From the NCBI GenBank assembly GCA_963789395.1, contig CAWBKP010000013.1, forward strand, positions 160,001 through 224,000: 64,000 nucleotides of DNA, given 5' to 3'. Made by a program: the position numbers and the translations under genes. Numbering within the stretch: the stretch's first letter is position 1; every line of letters starts with the position of its first letter. Positions 1-8,925 of the stretch are shown here, piece after piece. This DNA is from an uncultured delta proteobacterium (lineage in GTDB: Bacteria; Desulfobacterota; Desulfobacteria; Desulfobacterales; Desulfatirhabdiaceae). A model generated the notes under the pieces. That model was not told where the DNA came from. It worked only from the letters and a program-made list of their open reading frames with translations, and ran no database searches.

Positions 1-167
1 TAAAGCATACGTTTTTACTCCATAAAACCCCCAGGCCACCCCAGGATGCCGTCATCATGTTAAACGATTCTTTATTCGCCGGCGGTTACCAGCATCCACT
101 CGGCGCCGATAAGCTTAAAGACATTGTCGTCAATTTCTTCCGGTGTAATTATTCTGTAATCAGGCAT
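1..167 (-). CDS. Flavin reductase/flavoredoxin family protein, 5' part (runs off window; +1 frameshift near nt 77)
   Basis: Manual translation after AGGAGG RBS: MPDYRIITPEEIDDNVFKLIGAEWMLVTAG, one extra G, then NKESFNMMTASWGGLGVLWSKNVCF. WMLVTAG...NxMTASWGG is typical of this family. Confidence 0.75.
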
Positions 168-240
168 GTTCTTTCCTCCTGGTGATTCATTTGATTTCTG
201 GAGCAAGAATCATTGTAAGGTTTCCTTCATCAACGGGATG

Positions 241-940
241 TTATTTTTGCTTTCCCGCTCCTTTCTCCAGTCCCTTCAGGAATTCACCCATTTTCTGCCC
301 CGCTTCTTCGGGCGTCAGTTGATCTACCTGTTTAACGGTCTTCTGGAACTGGTCAAGCTGGCTGGTTATCCTGCGGGCAGCCATCTGTGAAGAAATGCTG
401 GAAAGGGCAAGCAGCGCTGCGATGATGCCGAATACTATCCAGGCCTTCTTGGCTTCAATCTTGTAAACTTCAACGCTGGCAATCACCAGCAGATACGTCA
501 TCCAGCCGAGCCCCAGCACTGGCCCCAAATAAGGAATAATACCCAGAAGTGTTGTCAGCGGGGAGATGGCGGCAGCATAAGCGCCGCATCGGAAAGCGGT
601 TTCAAACGGTTCCTGGGAACCCAGCAATTTCCAGATAACGTATAAGATGGCCGCGGAAACGAAACCAAAAAAAGCAGTTGCGATCGGGACAAAGATGATA
701 AAAGCCAATGCCATCGAAAATGATGCCACATGGCCCACACCGAAGATCGATAAAAGTCGCCTGCAAAATGCCGCCAACGCCACCTATCAGGGCCAGAAAA
801 ATAAGCGGCTCTATCAGCCCCCCCGTTTTGGGCATGGTCCTGAAAAAACCGATCGGGTTGGTGATCACAGAAATGGCAGTGGTCACAGATGACGCAATCT
901 GTTCTTGAAGGTTTATTTCAGAAAAAGTTTTGTTTTCCAT
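241..940 (-). CDS. Yip1-domain membrane protein (split by +1 frameshift near nt 757)
   Basis: ORFs 602..940 and 241..783 join when one base is removed (..GILQA/LLSIFG..). VITNPIGFF N-terminal motif and several hydrophobic helices. Confidence 0.7.
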
Positions 941-1043
941 TTTTGGTTTCCTCGCTTTTCGTCATGTTGATATTAACGGTTATATTTTGCCAGAGAGTGT
1001 GGGAATATACACAATTTGAACTGCTTGTAAAAGTACCTCAGTT

Positions 1044-1123
1044 CGTCACCCCGGTGAAAACCGGGGTCCAGTAATTTGGCAACTATCTGAACGTACTGGA
1101 TTCCGGCTTTCGCCGGAATGACG
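1044..1123. repeat. REP-like palindromic doublet, copy 1
   Basis: CGTCACCCCGGTGAAAACCGGGGTCCAG...CTGGATTCCGGCTTTCGCCGGAATGACG; two hairpins in inverted arrangement. Confidence 0.85.
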
Positions 1124-1172
1124 GGATCGGTATTGATTTTTGGCTTTTTGTGAAATCATCAACTTTAAGATT

Positions 1173-1346
1173 TCGGGCATTGATCATCGTTTCGGCCACT
1201 GTAAAGAATACTCGTCTCCCCCCCTTTGAAAAAGGGGGGCCAGGGGGGATTTCATGATTGCGGTAATTTAAGCCCCGTTTTCAAATCCCCCTTAATCCCC
1301 CCTTTTCCAAAGGGGGAAATACTGCATTGATGATGATCAAGGCCGA
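1173..1346. repeat. G/C-run REP-like doublet inside imperfect terminal inverted repeats (MITE-like)
   Basis: CCCCCCCTTTGAAAAAGGGGGG (1218-1239) and an inverted partner (1283-1317), flanked by TCGGGCATTGATCATC / GATGATCAAGGCCGA. Confidence 0.65.
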
Positions 1347-1401
1347 TTTTCGCGTTCTGGGTCATTATTTCGGATTTCGAATTTACATATTTTGGTCATT
1401 G

Positions 1402-1532
1402 GAACCGCTTGCAAAAGTACCGCAGTTCATCACCCCGGTGAAAACCGGGGTCCAGAAGCCATGAATTCACTGGATACCGGCTTTCGCCGGTATGACGGAA
1501 GAGGCAATTTGAAAGGGTTTTGCAAGAGGCTC
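1402..1532. repeat. REP-like palindromic doublet, copy 2 (1428-1497), inside 15-bp terminal inverted repeats (MITE-like)
   Basis: Near-identical to copy 1. Ends GAACCGCTTGCAAAA / TTTTGCAAGAGGCTC are complementary at 13 of 15 positions. Confidence 0.75.
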
Positions 1533-1579
1533 AATTTATATATTTATTTATGTCCCTTCAATCTCCATAGCTTGACCCC

Positions 1580-1802
1580 GCCCATTTCAATGGAATTTTC
1601 AATTTTTTTCTTAAGTATTCTGCCAATCAACAAAAATTTCCTCACCATTACTGATTCTGTTTTCTCTGTCGTTCAATACTTTTTCGCGTCAAGGTGGGGA
1701 TGCAATTCGATCTGTGTTTTTACATAAGTCATCCCGAATAGTTTCCATAATCTGAAATTTCTCTTCAATCGACAATTTCTCTACAGATAAAGCGCTTCCC
1801 AT
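1580..1802 (-). pseudogene. Degraded addiction-module antitoxin (TIGR02574/Unstab_antitox-like)
   Basis: MGSALSVEKLSIEEKFQIMETIRDDLCKNTDRIASPP*REKVLNDRENRISNGEEIFVDWQNT*. In-frame TGA at 1689-1691 where the family has the W of SPxWH, W->R in the LWDDL motif, and a premature stop at 1611-1613. Confidence 0.65.
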
Positions 1803-1999
1803 TTCTTCTTCACCTTTGCAGACAAGATATTCAATTTGAATAACATATGCTTATCAAAAAGAAAACATCCATAAATGAGATTACGAAAAGGACTGGGCGG
1901 AATTAAAGCATAAATACCTTGACAGCTACAATGTAGCCTAGTAATGATGAGACGGCTTGGTAAAAGGGATCGGGTAACTCGGAAGGATGCCGGACGGAA

Positions 2000-2038
2000 A
2001 AAATCAAAAAGGGGTTATGACTTTCGTCACAACCCCTT
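2000..2038 (-). terminator. Rho-independent terminator downstream of tRNA-Val
   Basis: AAGGGGTTGTGAC-GAAA-GTCATAACCCCTT followed by a T-run on the minus strand. Confidence 0.8.
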
Positions 2039-2046
2039 GAATTTGC

Positions 2047-2121
2047 TGGTGGGCGGTAAAGGATTTGAACCTTCGACTTCTACCGTGTGAAGGTAGCACT
2101 CTCCCGCTGAGTTAACCGCCC
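2047..2121 (-). tRNA. tRNA-Val (anticodon CAC)
   Basis: GGGCGGTTAACTCAGCGGGAGAGTGCTACCTTCACACGGTAGAAGTCGAAGGTTCAAATCCTTTACCGCCCACCA folds as a cloverleaf with a CTACC/GGTAG anticodon stem and encoded CCA. Confidence 0.95.
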
Positions 2122-2206
2122 TGATTGATGTCCTTTAAATAACGATATTGTGCCCCTGAAGTCAAGCGTTTTCATCTAAAAGGGGTATAAAATTTATCGG
2201 GAAACG

Positions 2207-2761
2207 TCATTCAGGGACGTCAACGGCCGGTTTGCCCAGATCCGAAATGTCCTTGGGTGCCGGAAGATCTTTGATATCTTTCAGCCCGAACAGTTCCAGG
2301 AAATGCCGTGTGGTGGCATAGATCAGGGGCCTTCCGGGGAGTTCTTTTCTTCCCTGGATTTTGATCAGCTTTCTGTCCAGAAGCATCCGGATAATACCGC
2401 CGGCGTCCACACCGCGTATGTGCTCGATATCGCTTCGCATGATCGGCTGCTTGTAGGCGATGATTGCCAGGGTTTCCAGGGCGGCCGGACTCAGGCGCTG
2501 CGCGGATGGCTGGATGATTTTCCGGACCCACTCGGCATATTCCGGACGGGTTCGGAGCTGATATCCGCCGGCAACTTCCACCAGACAGATGCCGCCTTCT
2601 CGATGGTCGTAATCGTCCTTGAGCGTTTGAATGGCAGCTTTAATATCCTTGGCGTCGGTTGATGGAAGTGCCGACTTCATTTTTTCAAGGCTCAGCGGTT
2701 CTTCCGAGACAAAGAGAAAGCTTTCAATGATAAACTTCAGTTCCGGCATGGGGTCTTTCAT
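2207..2761 (-). CDS. scpB: SMC-Scp complex subunit ScpB
   Basis: LETLAIIAYKQP, IRGV and GRPLIYATT motifs. Confidence 0.95.
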   Translation of the reverse strand: MKDPMPELKFIIESFLFVSEEPLSLEKMKSALPSTDAKDIKAAIQTLKDDYDHREGGICLVEVAGGYQLRTRPEYAEWVRKIIQPSAQRLSPAALETLAIIAYKQPIMRSDIEHIRGVDAGGIIRMLLDRKLIKIQGRKELPGRPLIYATTRHFLELFGLKDIKDLPAPKDISDLGKPAVDVPE

Positions 2762-3467
2762 TCAGATACAAGGTGATGATGCCGGTGTCGGCGTGCTGGA
2801 TAACGCCGGCGGCATTGCGTTTAACCATTTCCAGAATGGCCAGGAAGGTGACGATGATATCGGCCTTTCCGGCAGCGTCGCTGATCAGTTCCTGAAAGAT
2901 CAGGGGGCCCTTGACTTTCAGTATCCGGATGAGTTCCGTCATGCGATCCTGAATGGACAGCTTATCGGCGACCAAATCCAGGGAAATATCCGGGGCCAGG
3001 TTGTCAAGAATCCGCTGAAAGGCTTTGATCAGTTCGAATATATCCACCTGGATTTCGCGCTCCGGAAGGGTTCCGGGACTGGATGATTTTACCGGGGGCC
3101 GTATAAATGTATGTTCTCCCAGCAGCTCTTTTTCATTCAATTGCAGGGCGGCTGATTTCATTTGAAGGTATTCCAGGATCGGCCGGGTGATTTCCTGACG
3201 GGGATCTTCTTCATCGGAATCTTCATGAACCGGCAGCAGCATGCGGGATTTAATCTGGATAAGGGTTGCCGCCATCACCAGAAAATCGCCGGCAATATCG
3301 ACATTCATGGATTTCATCCATTCGATGTAATCCAGATACCGGTCGGTTATCAGTGAAATCGGGATGTCGTAGATATTGACTTCATTTTTTCGAATCAGAT
3401 AGACGAGAAGATCCATCGGACCTTCAAAAATATTTTCCAGTTGAACTTTATAGATGTCGCTGCCCAT
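2724..3467 (-). CDS. scpA: Segregation and condensation protein ScpA
   Basis: FEGPMDLLVYLI, FLVMAATLIQIKSRMLLP and TFLAILEM motifs. Start chosen at ATG 3467. Confidence 0.95.
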   Translation of the reverse strand: MGSDIYKVQLENIFEGPMDLLVYLIRKNEVNIYDIPISLITDRYLDYIEWMKSMNVDIAGDFLVMAATLIQIKSRMLLPVHEDSDEEDPRQEITRPILEYLQMKSAALQLNEKELLGEHTFIRPPVKSSSPGTLPEREIQVDIFELIKAFQRILDNLAPDISLDLVADKLSIQDRMTELIRILKVKGPLIFQELISDAAGKADIIVTFLAILEMVKRNAAGVIQHADTGIITLYLNERPHAGTEVYH

Positions 3468-3591
3468 GAGATGAGTTGCCGATCTTAAATGTTTCATTGA
3501 TCATTACGAGACCGGCTTTTAAATGTCAACAGCAGACAGGTTAAAGGTGAGGGACTGTAGGCAATGGGGTGAAGGGATTTAGAAATTAACC

Positions 3592-4386
3592 ATGCCGGAT
3601 CACACAAATCGTCGTCACAGGGTAATCGCATTTTTATTCAGGTACGTGGTGGTGGTGCTCGCGATCTTTCTGTCCGGATGCGGCGGTGGGCATGAGTCGG
3701 TTCGGCATGCTCCGGCCTTGCTGCCGCCTCAAAAACGATTGCAGCGAATGGGCTATACCATCCAGGTCGGTGCGTTTGCTGTTGCGGGAAATGCGGCCCG
3801 GCTTTCCGATACGCTCTCCGGTCACGGGCTGGATGCCACCTATTTCAGGGCCGAGGATGGCCTGTTCAAGGTGCGTTTCGGGGACTTTGCCGCCAAAGAG
3901 GAGGCCCGGAAAGAGGCGGAGCGGTTACGGGCATCCGGAATCATCGAGGTGTTTTATATTGTCAGCCCCGGCGAATATGCCGTGGACCGGCAATCCAGCC
4001 TTGGAGAAGCTTATCTGCGGGATGAGCTGGTGAAAACCACGATGCGGTTTATAGACACGCCGTATTTGTGGGGAGGGACCTCGGCTGATACGGGATTTGA
4101 CTGCAGCGGGCTGACCATGACGGTTTATCAACTGAACGGCCTGAATCTTCCCAGAAACTCGCGGCGCCAGTTTGAAACGGGGCATCCGGTTCATCGCGAC
4201 AATCTGATGAAAGGGGATCTTGTTTTCTTCTCCAGTAACAAATGGGGCACGGTTACCCACGTAGGGGTTTATGCCGGCGATAACAAGTTTATTCATGCGC
4301 CCGGAAGGGGTCAAAAAATCCGCATTAATTCGCTTTCCGACCGGCATTATAATCAGCAGTATGTTGGCGCGAGATCGTATTTGTAA
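3592..4386 (+). CDS. SPOR + NlpC/P60 cell-wall peptidase lipoprotein
   Basis: Lipobox LSGC, YTIQVGAF SPOR domain, PYLWGG...FDCSG...HVGVY catalytic motifs. Confidence 0.9.
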   Translation: MPDHTNRRHRVIAFLFRYVVVVLAIFLSGCGGGHESVRHAPALLPPQKRLQRMGYTIQVGAFAVAGNAARLSDTLSGHGLDATYFRAEDGLFKVRFGDFAAKEEARKEAERLRASGIIEVFYIVSPGEYAVDRQSSLGEAYLRDELVKTTMRFIDTPYLWGGTSADTGFDCSGLTMTVYQLNGLNLPRNSRRQFETGHPVHRDNLMKGDLVFFSSNKWGTVTHVGVYAGDNKFIHAPGRGQKIRINSLSDRHYNQQYVGARSYL

Positions 4387-4498
4387 AGACAGGAGACAGA
4401 AGGCAACGGAAGCAAGTCAGACAACAGGTGCGATCGTTTCCTGAGACTTTTGGATTCTAACTATTGTATAATAATGATTTGACAAGGGGAGGGGTTAA

Positions 4499-6040
4499 AT
4501 GGCCTGCTGGATGAATCTTGGACAGAATCTTAAAATAAACGCCAGAAAATTTCCCAACACCGTTGCGCTTAAAGACAGAAACAGAAGCTTTACCTATCCG
4601 GAACTGAACCGGCGGGTCAACCGGCTTGCCAATGGCCTGATGTCCCTTGGGCTGAACAAGGGCGATAAGGTGGCTGTCTTTATGGAGAACAGCATCGAGA
4701 TCGTCGAGATTTTTCTGGCAACCGCCAAAACCGGCATTGTAATGGTGCCCATCAATTTCCGGCTCCTGGGAAAGGATGTGGCCTATATCGTCGACAATTC
4801 CGATGCCAAAGCCCTGATGGTGGATGATGAATTTGCGCCGGTCATTCAGGACATCAAAGCCGATCTCCGGCAGATTCCGGCTGAAAACTATATCGCGGTC
4901 GGCAAAGCGGTTCCGGGTTTCAGATCCTACGATCAGGTGATGGCTTCTGCCTCCGACAACGAACCGGATGCCGCGGTGAACCCGGAAGACACCTGGATTC
5001 TGATCTATACGTCCGGCACGACCGGCAAACCCAAAGGCGTGATCCGCTCCCACGAATCCCATATCGCATTTTACCTGATCAACGCCATTGATTTCGGGTT
5101 CAGCCACCATGACATCTGCATGAATGTCATGCCGCTCTGCCATATCAATTCAACCTATTTTACGTTCACCTTTCTTTACATCGGCGGGTCGGTCTATATC
5201 CATCCGGCCCGTTCGTTCCGGGGCGAAGAAATCCTGGAGATCATCGAGAGGGAAAAAATATCTTTTATCTCCCTGATCCCCACGCATTACAATCTGATCC
5301 TGAGCGTCTGCGAATCCGCCAGAACCTGCGATGTCAGCTCCATTAAAAAGCTGCTGTGCTCCTCGGCGCCGGTCCGAAAAAGCGTCAAGAAAGCCATCAT
5401 GGAGTTTTTCCCCGGAGTTGAGCTTTATGAAGGCTATGGTTCCACCGAAGCCGGCATTGTGACGGTCTTGAAGCCCGAAGACCAGCTCCGTAAGCTGGGC
5501 TCCATCGGTTACGAGTCTCTGGGAACGGATTTTATCCGGATTCTGGATGAAAACGGCAAGGAAGTGGCTCAAGGGCAGGTCGGCGAACTTTTCTCCAAAG
5601 GCCCCATGCTGTTTGACAGATATTACAAGCTTCCTGAGAAAACCGCCGGCGCCTTCAACAACGGATGGTTCAGCGCAGGCGATATGGCCAGGCGGGATGA
5701 AGACGGCTTTTATGAGATCGTGGACCGCAAAGACAACATGATCATAACCGGCGGCGAGCACGTTTACCCCAGCGAGGTTGAGGAAGTGATCGGGAACCAT
5801 CCGGATGTCTTTGATGTGGCCGTCATCAGCGTGCCGGATGAAAAATGGGGTGAGCTGGTCATGGCAGTGGTGGTCCCCCGAAACCCGGTTGATGAAAAAA
5901 AAATTATGGACTGGTGCAAGGAGAAAATGGCCGGCTATAAACGTCCCAAGAAAATCGTTTTCATCGTGCCGGAAGATATGCCCCGAACCGGAACAGGTAA
6001 AATACTCCACAGGGTTCTCAGGGAGCGTTATACGACATAA
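4499..6040 (+). CDS. Acyl-CoA synthetase (AMP-binding, long-chain-fatty-acid type)
   Basis: YTSGTTGKPKG, YGSTE, GD...RKDNMII and C-terminal GKI motifs. Confidence 0.9.
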   Translation: MACWMNLGQNLKINARKFPNTVALKDRNRSFTYPELNRRVNRLANGLMSLGLNKGDKVAVFMENSIEIVEIFLATAKTGIVMVPINFRLLGKDVAYIVDNSDAKALMVDDEFAPVIQDIKADLRQIPAENYIAVGKAVPGFRSYDQVMASASDNEPDAAVNPEDTWILIYTSGTTGKPKGVIRSHESHIAFYLINAIDFGFSHHDICMNVMPLCHINSTYFTFTFLYIGGSVYIHPARSFRGEEILEIIEREKISFISLIPTHYNLILSVCESARTCDVSSIKKLLCSSAPVRKSVKKAIMEFFPGVELYEGYGSTEAGIVTVLKPEDQLRKLGSIGYESLGTDFIRILDENGKEVAQGQVGELFSKGPMLFDRYYKLPEKTAGAFNNGWFSAGDMARRDEDGFYEIVDRKDNMIITGGEHVYPSEVEEVIGNHPDVFDVAVISVPDEKWGELVMAVVVPRNPVDEKKIMDWCKEKMAGYKRPKKIVFIVPEDMPRTGTGKILHRVLRERYTT

Positions 6041-6153
6041 GTTGTTTGGTTGCGTGAACGGAACGGATTCCAAGTATAAATTCGAAATTTGAAGCACGAA
6101 ATTCGAAACAATGACCAAAACTGGGTGTTTTCCAACAGGCAGCGTTCTTGTCA

Positions 6154-6189
6154 TTTTGATATTGGAATTTTGAATTTGTTTCGGATTTC
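6154..6189. repeat. Dispersed 36-bp intergenic repeat, copy 1
   Basis: TTTTGATATTGGAATTTTGAATTTGTTTCGGATTTC, identical at 10583-10618. Confidence 0.85.
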
Positions 6190-6305
6190 AATATTCAGTA
6201 TTCGGATCTTGCCTGAACGCACTATCTTCCGTTCCGGCAAATTTAACAGAACAGAAAGGTTTAAAGAAAAGATTACCTATAACCTACAGAAGGAGGCAGT
6301 AAATC

Positions 6306-7496
6306 ATGTTGAGCAAAGCGTACATCCCGTATAAGGGCTATTACAGCTCCCCGTTTGCCAGGTGGCAGGGAAGCATGGCCAATGAACATGCCATCATCTT
6401 GGCTGCAGAAACGTCACAACGCTGGCTGGCTGAAAAAAAATGGGATCCCATGATGTTTGATTATTTGTTTCTGGGAATAACCATCGGGCAGCCCCAATGG
6501 TTTTACGGCAGCCCCTGGGCTGCGGCGCTGATCGGTGCCGTCAGCACGCCGGGAATGCTGATCAGCCAGGCCTGTACAACATCCACCACCTGTATTTTTC
6601 AGGCGGCTTCGGGCATCGAAACCGGGCTGTATCAAAACGTCTACTGCCTGATGACGGACCGGTGCTCCAACGGTCCCCATACCATCTGGCCCAATCCAAA
6701 CGGTCCCGGCGGCCAGGTCATTTCCGAGAACTGGATGATGGACAATTTCGGAAAAGATCCCTGGGCAAAGGGCGCCATGATCCAGACTGCGGAAAATGTG
6801 TGCAAGGAAGCCGGCATCACCCGTGAAGAGTGCGATGCCGTTGCCTTGAGACGTTATGAACAGTACATGGACGCATCGGCAAATGACAAGGCGTTTAAAA
6901 AACGCTACATGTTTCCGGTCGAGGTCAAGGTTTCCCGGAAAAAAACCATTCTGGTTGAAGACGATGAAGGCATTACGCCCTGCACCAAAGAAGGCCTGAT
7001 GAGCTTGAAGCCGGTTCTCCCGGACGGCGCCCATACCTTCGGTGCGCAGACTCACCCGGCGGACGGCAACTGCGCCGTCACCGTCACCACCCGCGAAAAG
7101 GCAAAAGAATTGAGCGCGGATGCCGGCGTTGAAATTCAGGTGGTGTCTTATGGCTTTTCCAGAGCCAAAAAAGGTTATATGGCGATGGCGGTTACCCCGG
7201 CTGTCAAAATGGCCCTTGAAAAAGCGGGCATCGGCATCAAGGATGTCAAAGCCATCAAAACCCATAACCCGTTTGCCGCCAATGACGTCCACATGGCCAA
7301 GCAGCTGGGAATCGACGTGATGGGTTTCAACAACTACGGAAGTTCGCTGGTTTACGGACATCCCCAGGCCCCGACAGCCGGCCGGTGCATCATCGAAGGC
7401 ATCGAAGAAGTCGTCATGGCCGGAGGCGGGTATCTTCTCTGGGGCGGCTGTGCGGCCGGGGATACCGGCGCCGGATTGGTCCTGAAAATCGGATAG
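6306..7496 (+). CDS. Thiolase family protein
   Basis: QACTTS nucleophile, ADG, HNPFA, GHP and C-terminal CAAG motifs. Confidence 0.88.
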   Translation: MLSKAYIPYKGYYSSPFARWQGSMANEHAIILAAETSQRWLAEKKWDPMMFDYLFLGITIGQPQWFYGSPWAAALIGAVSTPGMLISQACTTSTTCIFQAASGIETGLYQNVYCLMTDRCSNGPHTIWPNPNGPGGQVISENWMMDNFGKDPWAKGAMIQTAENVCKEAGITREECDAVALRRYEQYMDASANDKAFKKRYMFPVEVKVSRKKTILVEDDEGITPCTKEGLMSLKPVLPDGAHTFGAQTHPADGNCAVTVTTREKAKELSADAGVEIQVVSYGFSRAKKGYMAMAVTPAVKMALEKAGIGIKDVKAIKTHNPFAANDVHMAKQLGIDVMGFNNYGSSLVYGHPQAPTAGRCIIEGIEEVVMAGGGYLLWGGCAAGDTGAGLVLKIG

Positions 7497-7753
7497 GAAG
7501 CCCGCGAATTTCCACAGCGTGTTTCTCATGTTCAGGGGAATTTTCTCCGCTGTATTCAATGATCTGAGAATGTAAACGGTTTTCAGATCATTGAATATCG
7601 TGCCTGCATGCCTTTTCTCTATTGACATCCCTTGTTTCATAGCCATATTTTCCATGGCATTTCAATTATCGACGCATGGTAACCGAATCCGCAGTGATTC
7701 GAATCGTAAATGGCGTTTTAAACCGTTCATCAGTTGTTATGGAGGAAAGAATC

Positions 7754-8599
7754 ATGGATTATATTTCTGGAGGCGGATGTCCCTCATCCGCAAAGAAAAA
7801 AGATCAGCATGCCGAACAGGACGCTTCCGTCAAGGGAGCTCTCGGGAAGATCAAACATAAATTCATTGTCATGAGCGGCAAGGGCGGGGTCGGCAAGTCA
7901 AGCACATCCGTTAACCTTGCGGTGGCGCTGGCCGGCAAAGGCTATCAGGTGGGCCTCATGGACGTTGACCTGCATGGACCGGATATTCCCCGCATGCTGG
8001 GGATCAAGGGGATGCTGGGAATGACGGAAAATCAGAAGCTCTGCCCCATGAAATACTCGGACAACCTGAAAGTGGTTTCCATTGAATCCCTGATGTCCGG
8101 AAAAGATGAAGCCATTATCTGGAGGGGGCCGGTAAAATATTCCGCCATCAAGCAGTTTATCGGGGATGTGGATTGGGGAGATCTGGATTATTTGATTATT
8201 GATTCACCGCCGGGTACGGGCGATGAACCCCTGACCATCGCCCAGACCATTTCGGATGCACAGGCCATTATCGTCACCACGCCGCAGGAAGTATCGCTGG
8301 CCGATGTCCGAAAATCCATCAGCTTCTGTAAAACCGTTAAAATGAATATTTTCGGGCTGATAGAAAACATGAGCGGGTATTCCTGTCCGCACTGCGGAGA
8401 GCATATCGATCTGTTCGGGTCCGGCGGCGGGGAGAAAACCGCGGATGATGCTGGCATTCTGTTTCTGGGAAAGATTCCCTTCGATCAGAAAGTGGTGACC
8501 TGCGGGGATACCGGCTGCGCCTTTCAGGAAACCTACAAGGAATCGCCGGTGACGCTGGCATTCAACAAGATTGCCGACAAAATGGCGGAGCTGAGTTAA
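7754..8599 (+). CDS. mrp: Mrp/NBP35 Fe-S cluster carrier ATPase
   Basis: GKGGVGKS, DSPPGTGD and ENMS..CPHC motifs. GGAGG RBS before ATG 7754. Confidence 0.92.
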   Translation: MDYISGGGCPSSAKKKDQHAEQDASVKGALGKIKHKFIVMSGKGGVGKSSTSVNLAVALAGKGYQVGLMDVDLHGPDIPRMLGIKGMLGMTENQKLCPMKYSDNLKVVSIESLMSGKDEAIIWRGPVKYSAIKQFIGDVDWGDLDYLIIDSPPGTGDEPLTIAQTISDAQAIIVTTPQEVSLADVRKSISFCKTVKMNIFGLIENMSGYSCPHCGEHIDLFGSGGGEKTADDAGILFLGKIPFDQKVVTCGDTGCAFQETYKESPVTLAFNKIADKMAELS

Positions 8600-8707
8600 T
8601 TTCACGGGAGTCCGGAATCAGAAGCCTGGTCAGGCGGCTTCCCTGCGTTGCACCCTGACCATTCTTTTTCCGGTTTCAGTCTTTTTCCAGAGAATCCGGA
8701 GCTTGTC

Positions 8708-8887
8708 TTAAGCAGATAGCCAGTCTCTGTTTCCTTTTTTCTGGAGAAACCAGATCGGGCAGGCGGATCGGAATTTGCAGTAAATCTCCGCATCCTGACA
8801 CTGCAGGCACTCTTCGCACAGGGCGATCTCATGTTTCATGCACCGGTAGCGGGTTTCTCTGCCTGAATGATTGATACACGTATCCAC
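8708..8887 (-). CDS. Small Cys/His-rich protein (59 aa, B-box-like zinc finger); absent from the ORF track
   Basis: AGGAGA RBS and GTG start; MDTCINHSGRETRYRCMKHEIALCEECLQCQDAEIYCKFRSACPIWFLQKKGNRDWLSA. Confidence 0.75.
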   Translation of the reverse strand: MDTCINHSGRETRYRCMKHEIALCEECLQCQDAEIYCKFRSACPIWFLQKKGNRDWLSA

Positions 8888-8925
8888 AAATATTCTCCTG
8901 TTTCCATGTCCCCTGGAAAAGCCTT

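Noticed and set aside
1044..1532. Possible CRISPR array
   Set aside because: Only two copies of a hairpin doublet, with irregular spacing, no repeat-spacer periodicity and no cas genes.
1689..1691. In-frame TGA as selenocysteine or Trp recoding
   Set aside because: TGA is used as a normal stop throughout the window, and the ORF has additional damage.
1392..1727. 111-aa plus-strand ORF
   Set aside because: It runs through a REP element and antisense to the antitoxin pseudogene, with no recognisable motif.
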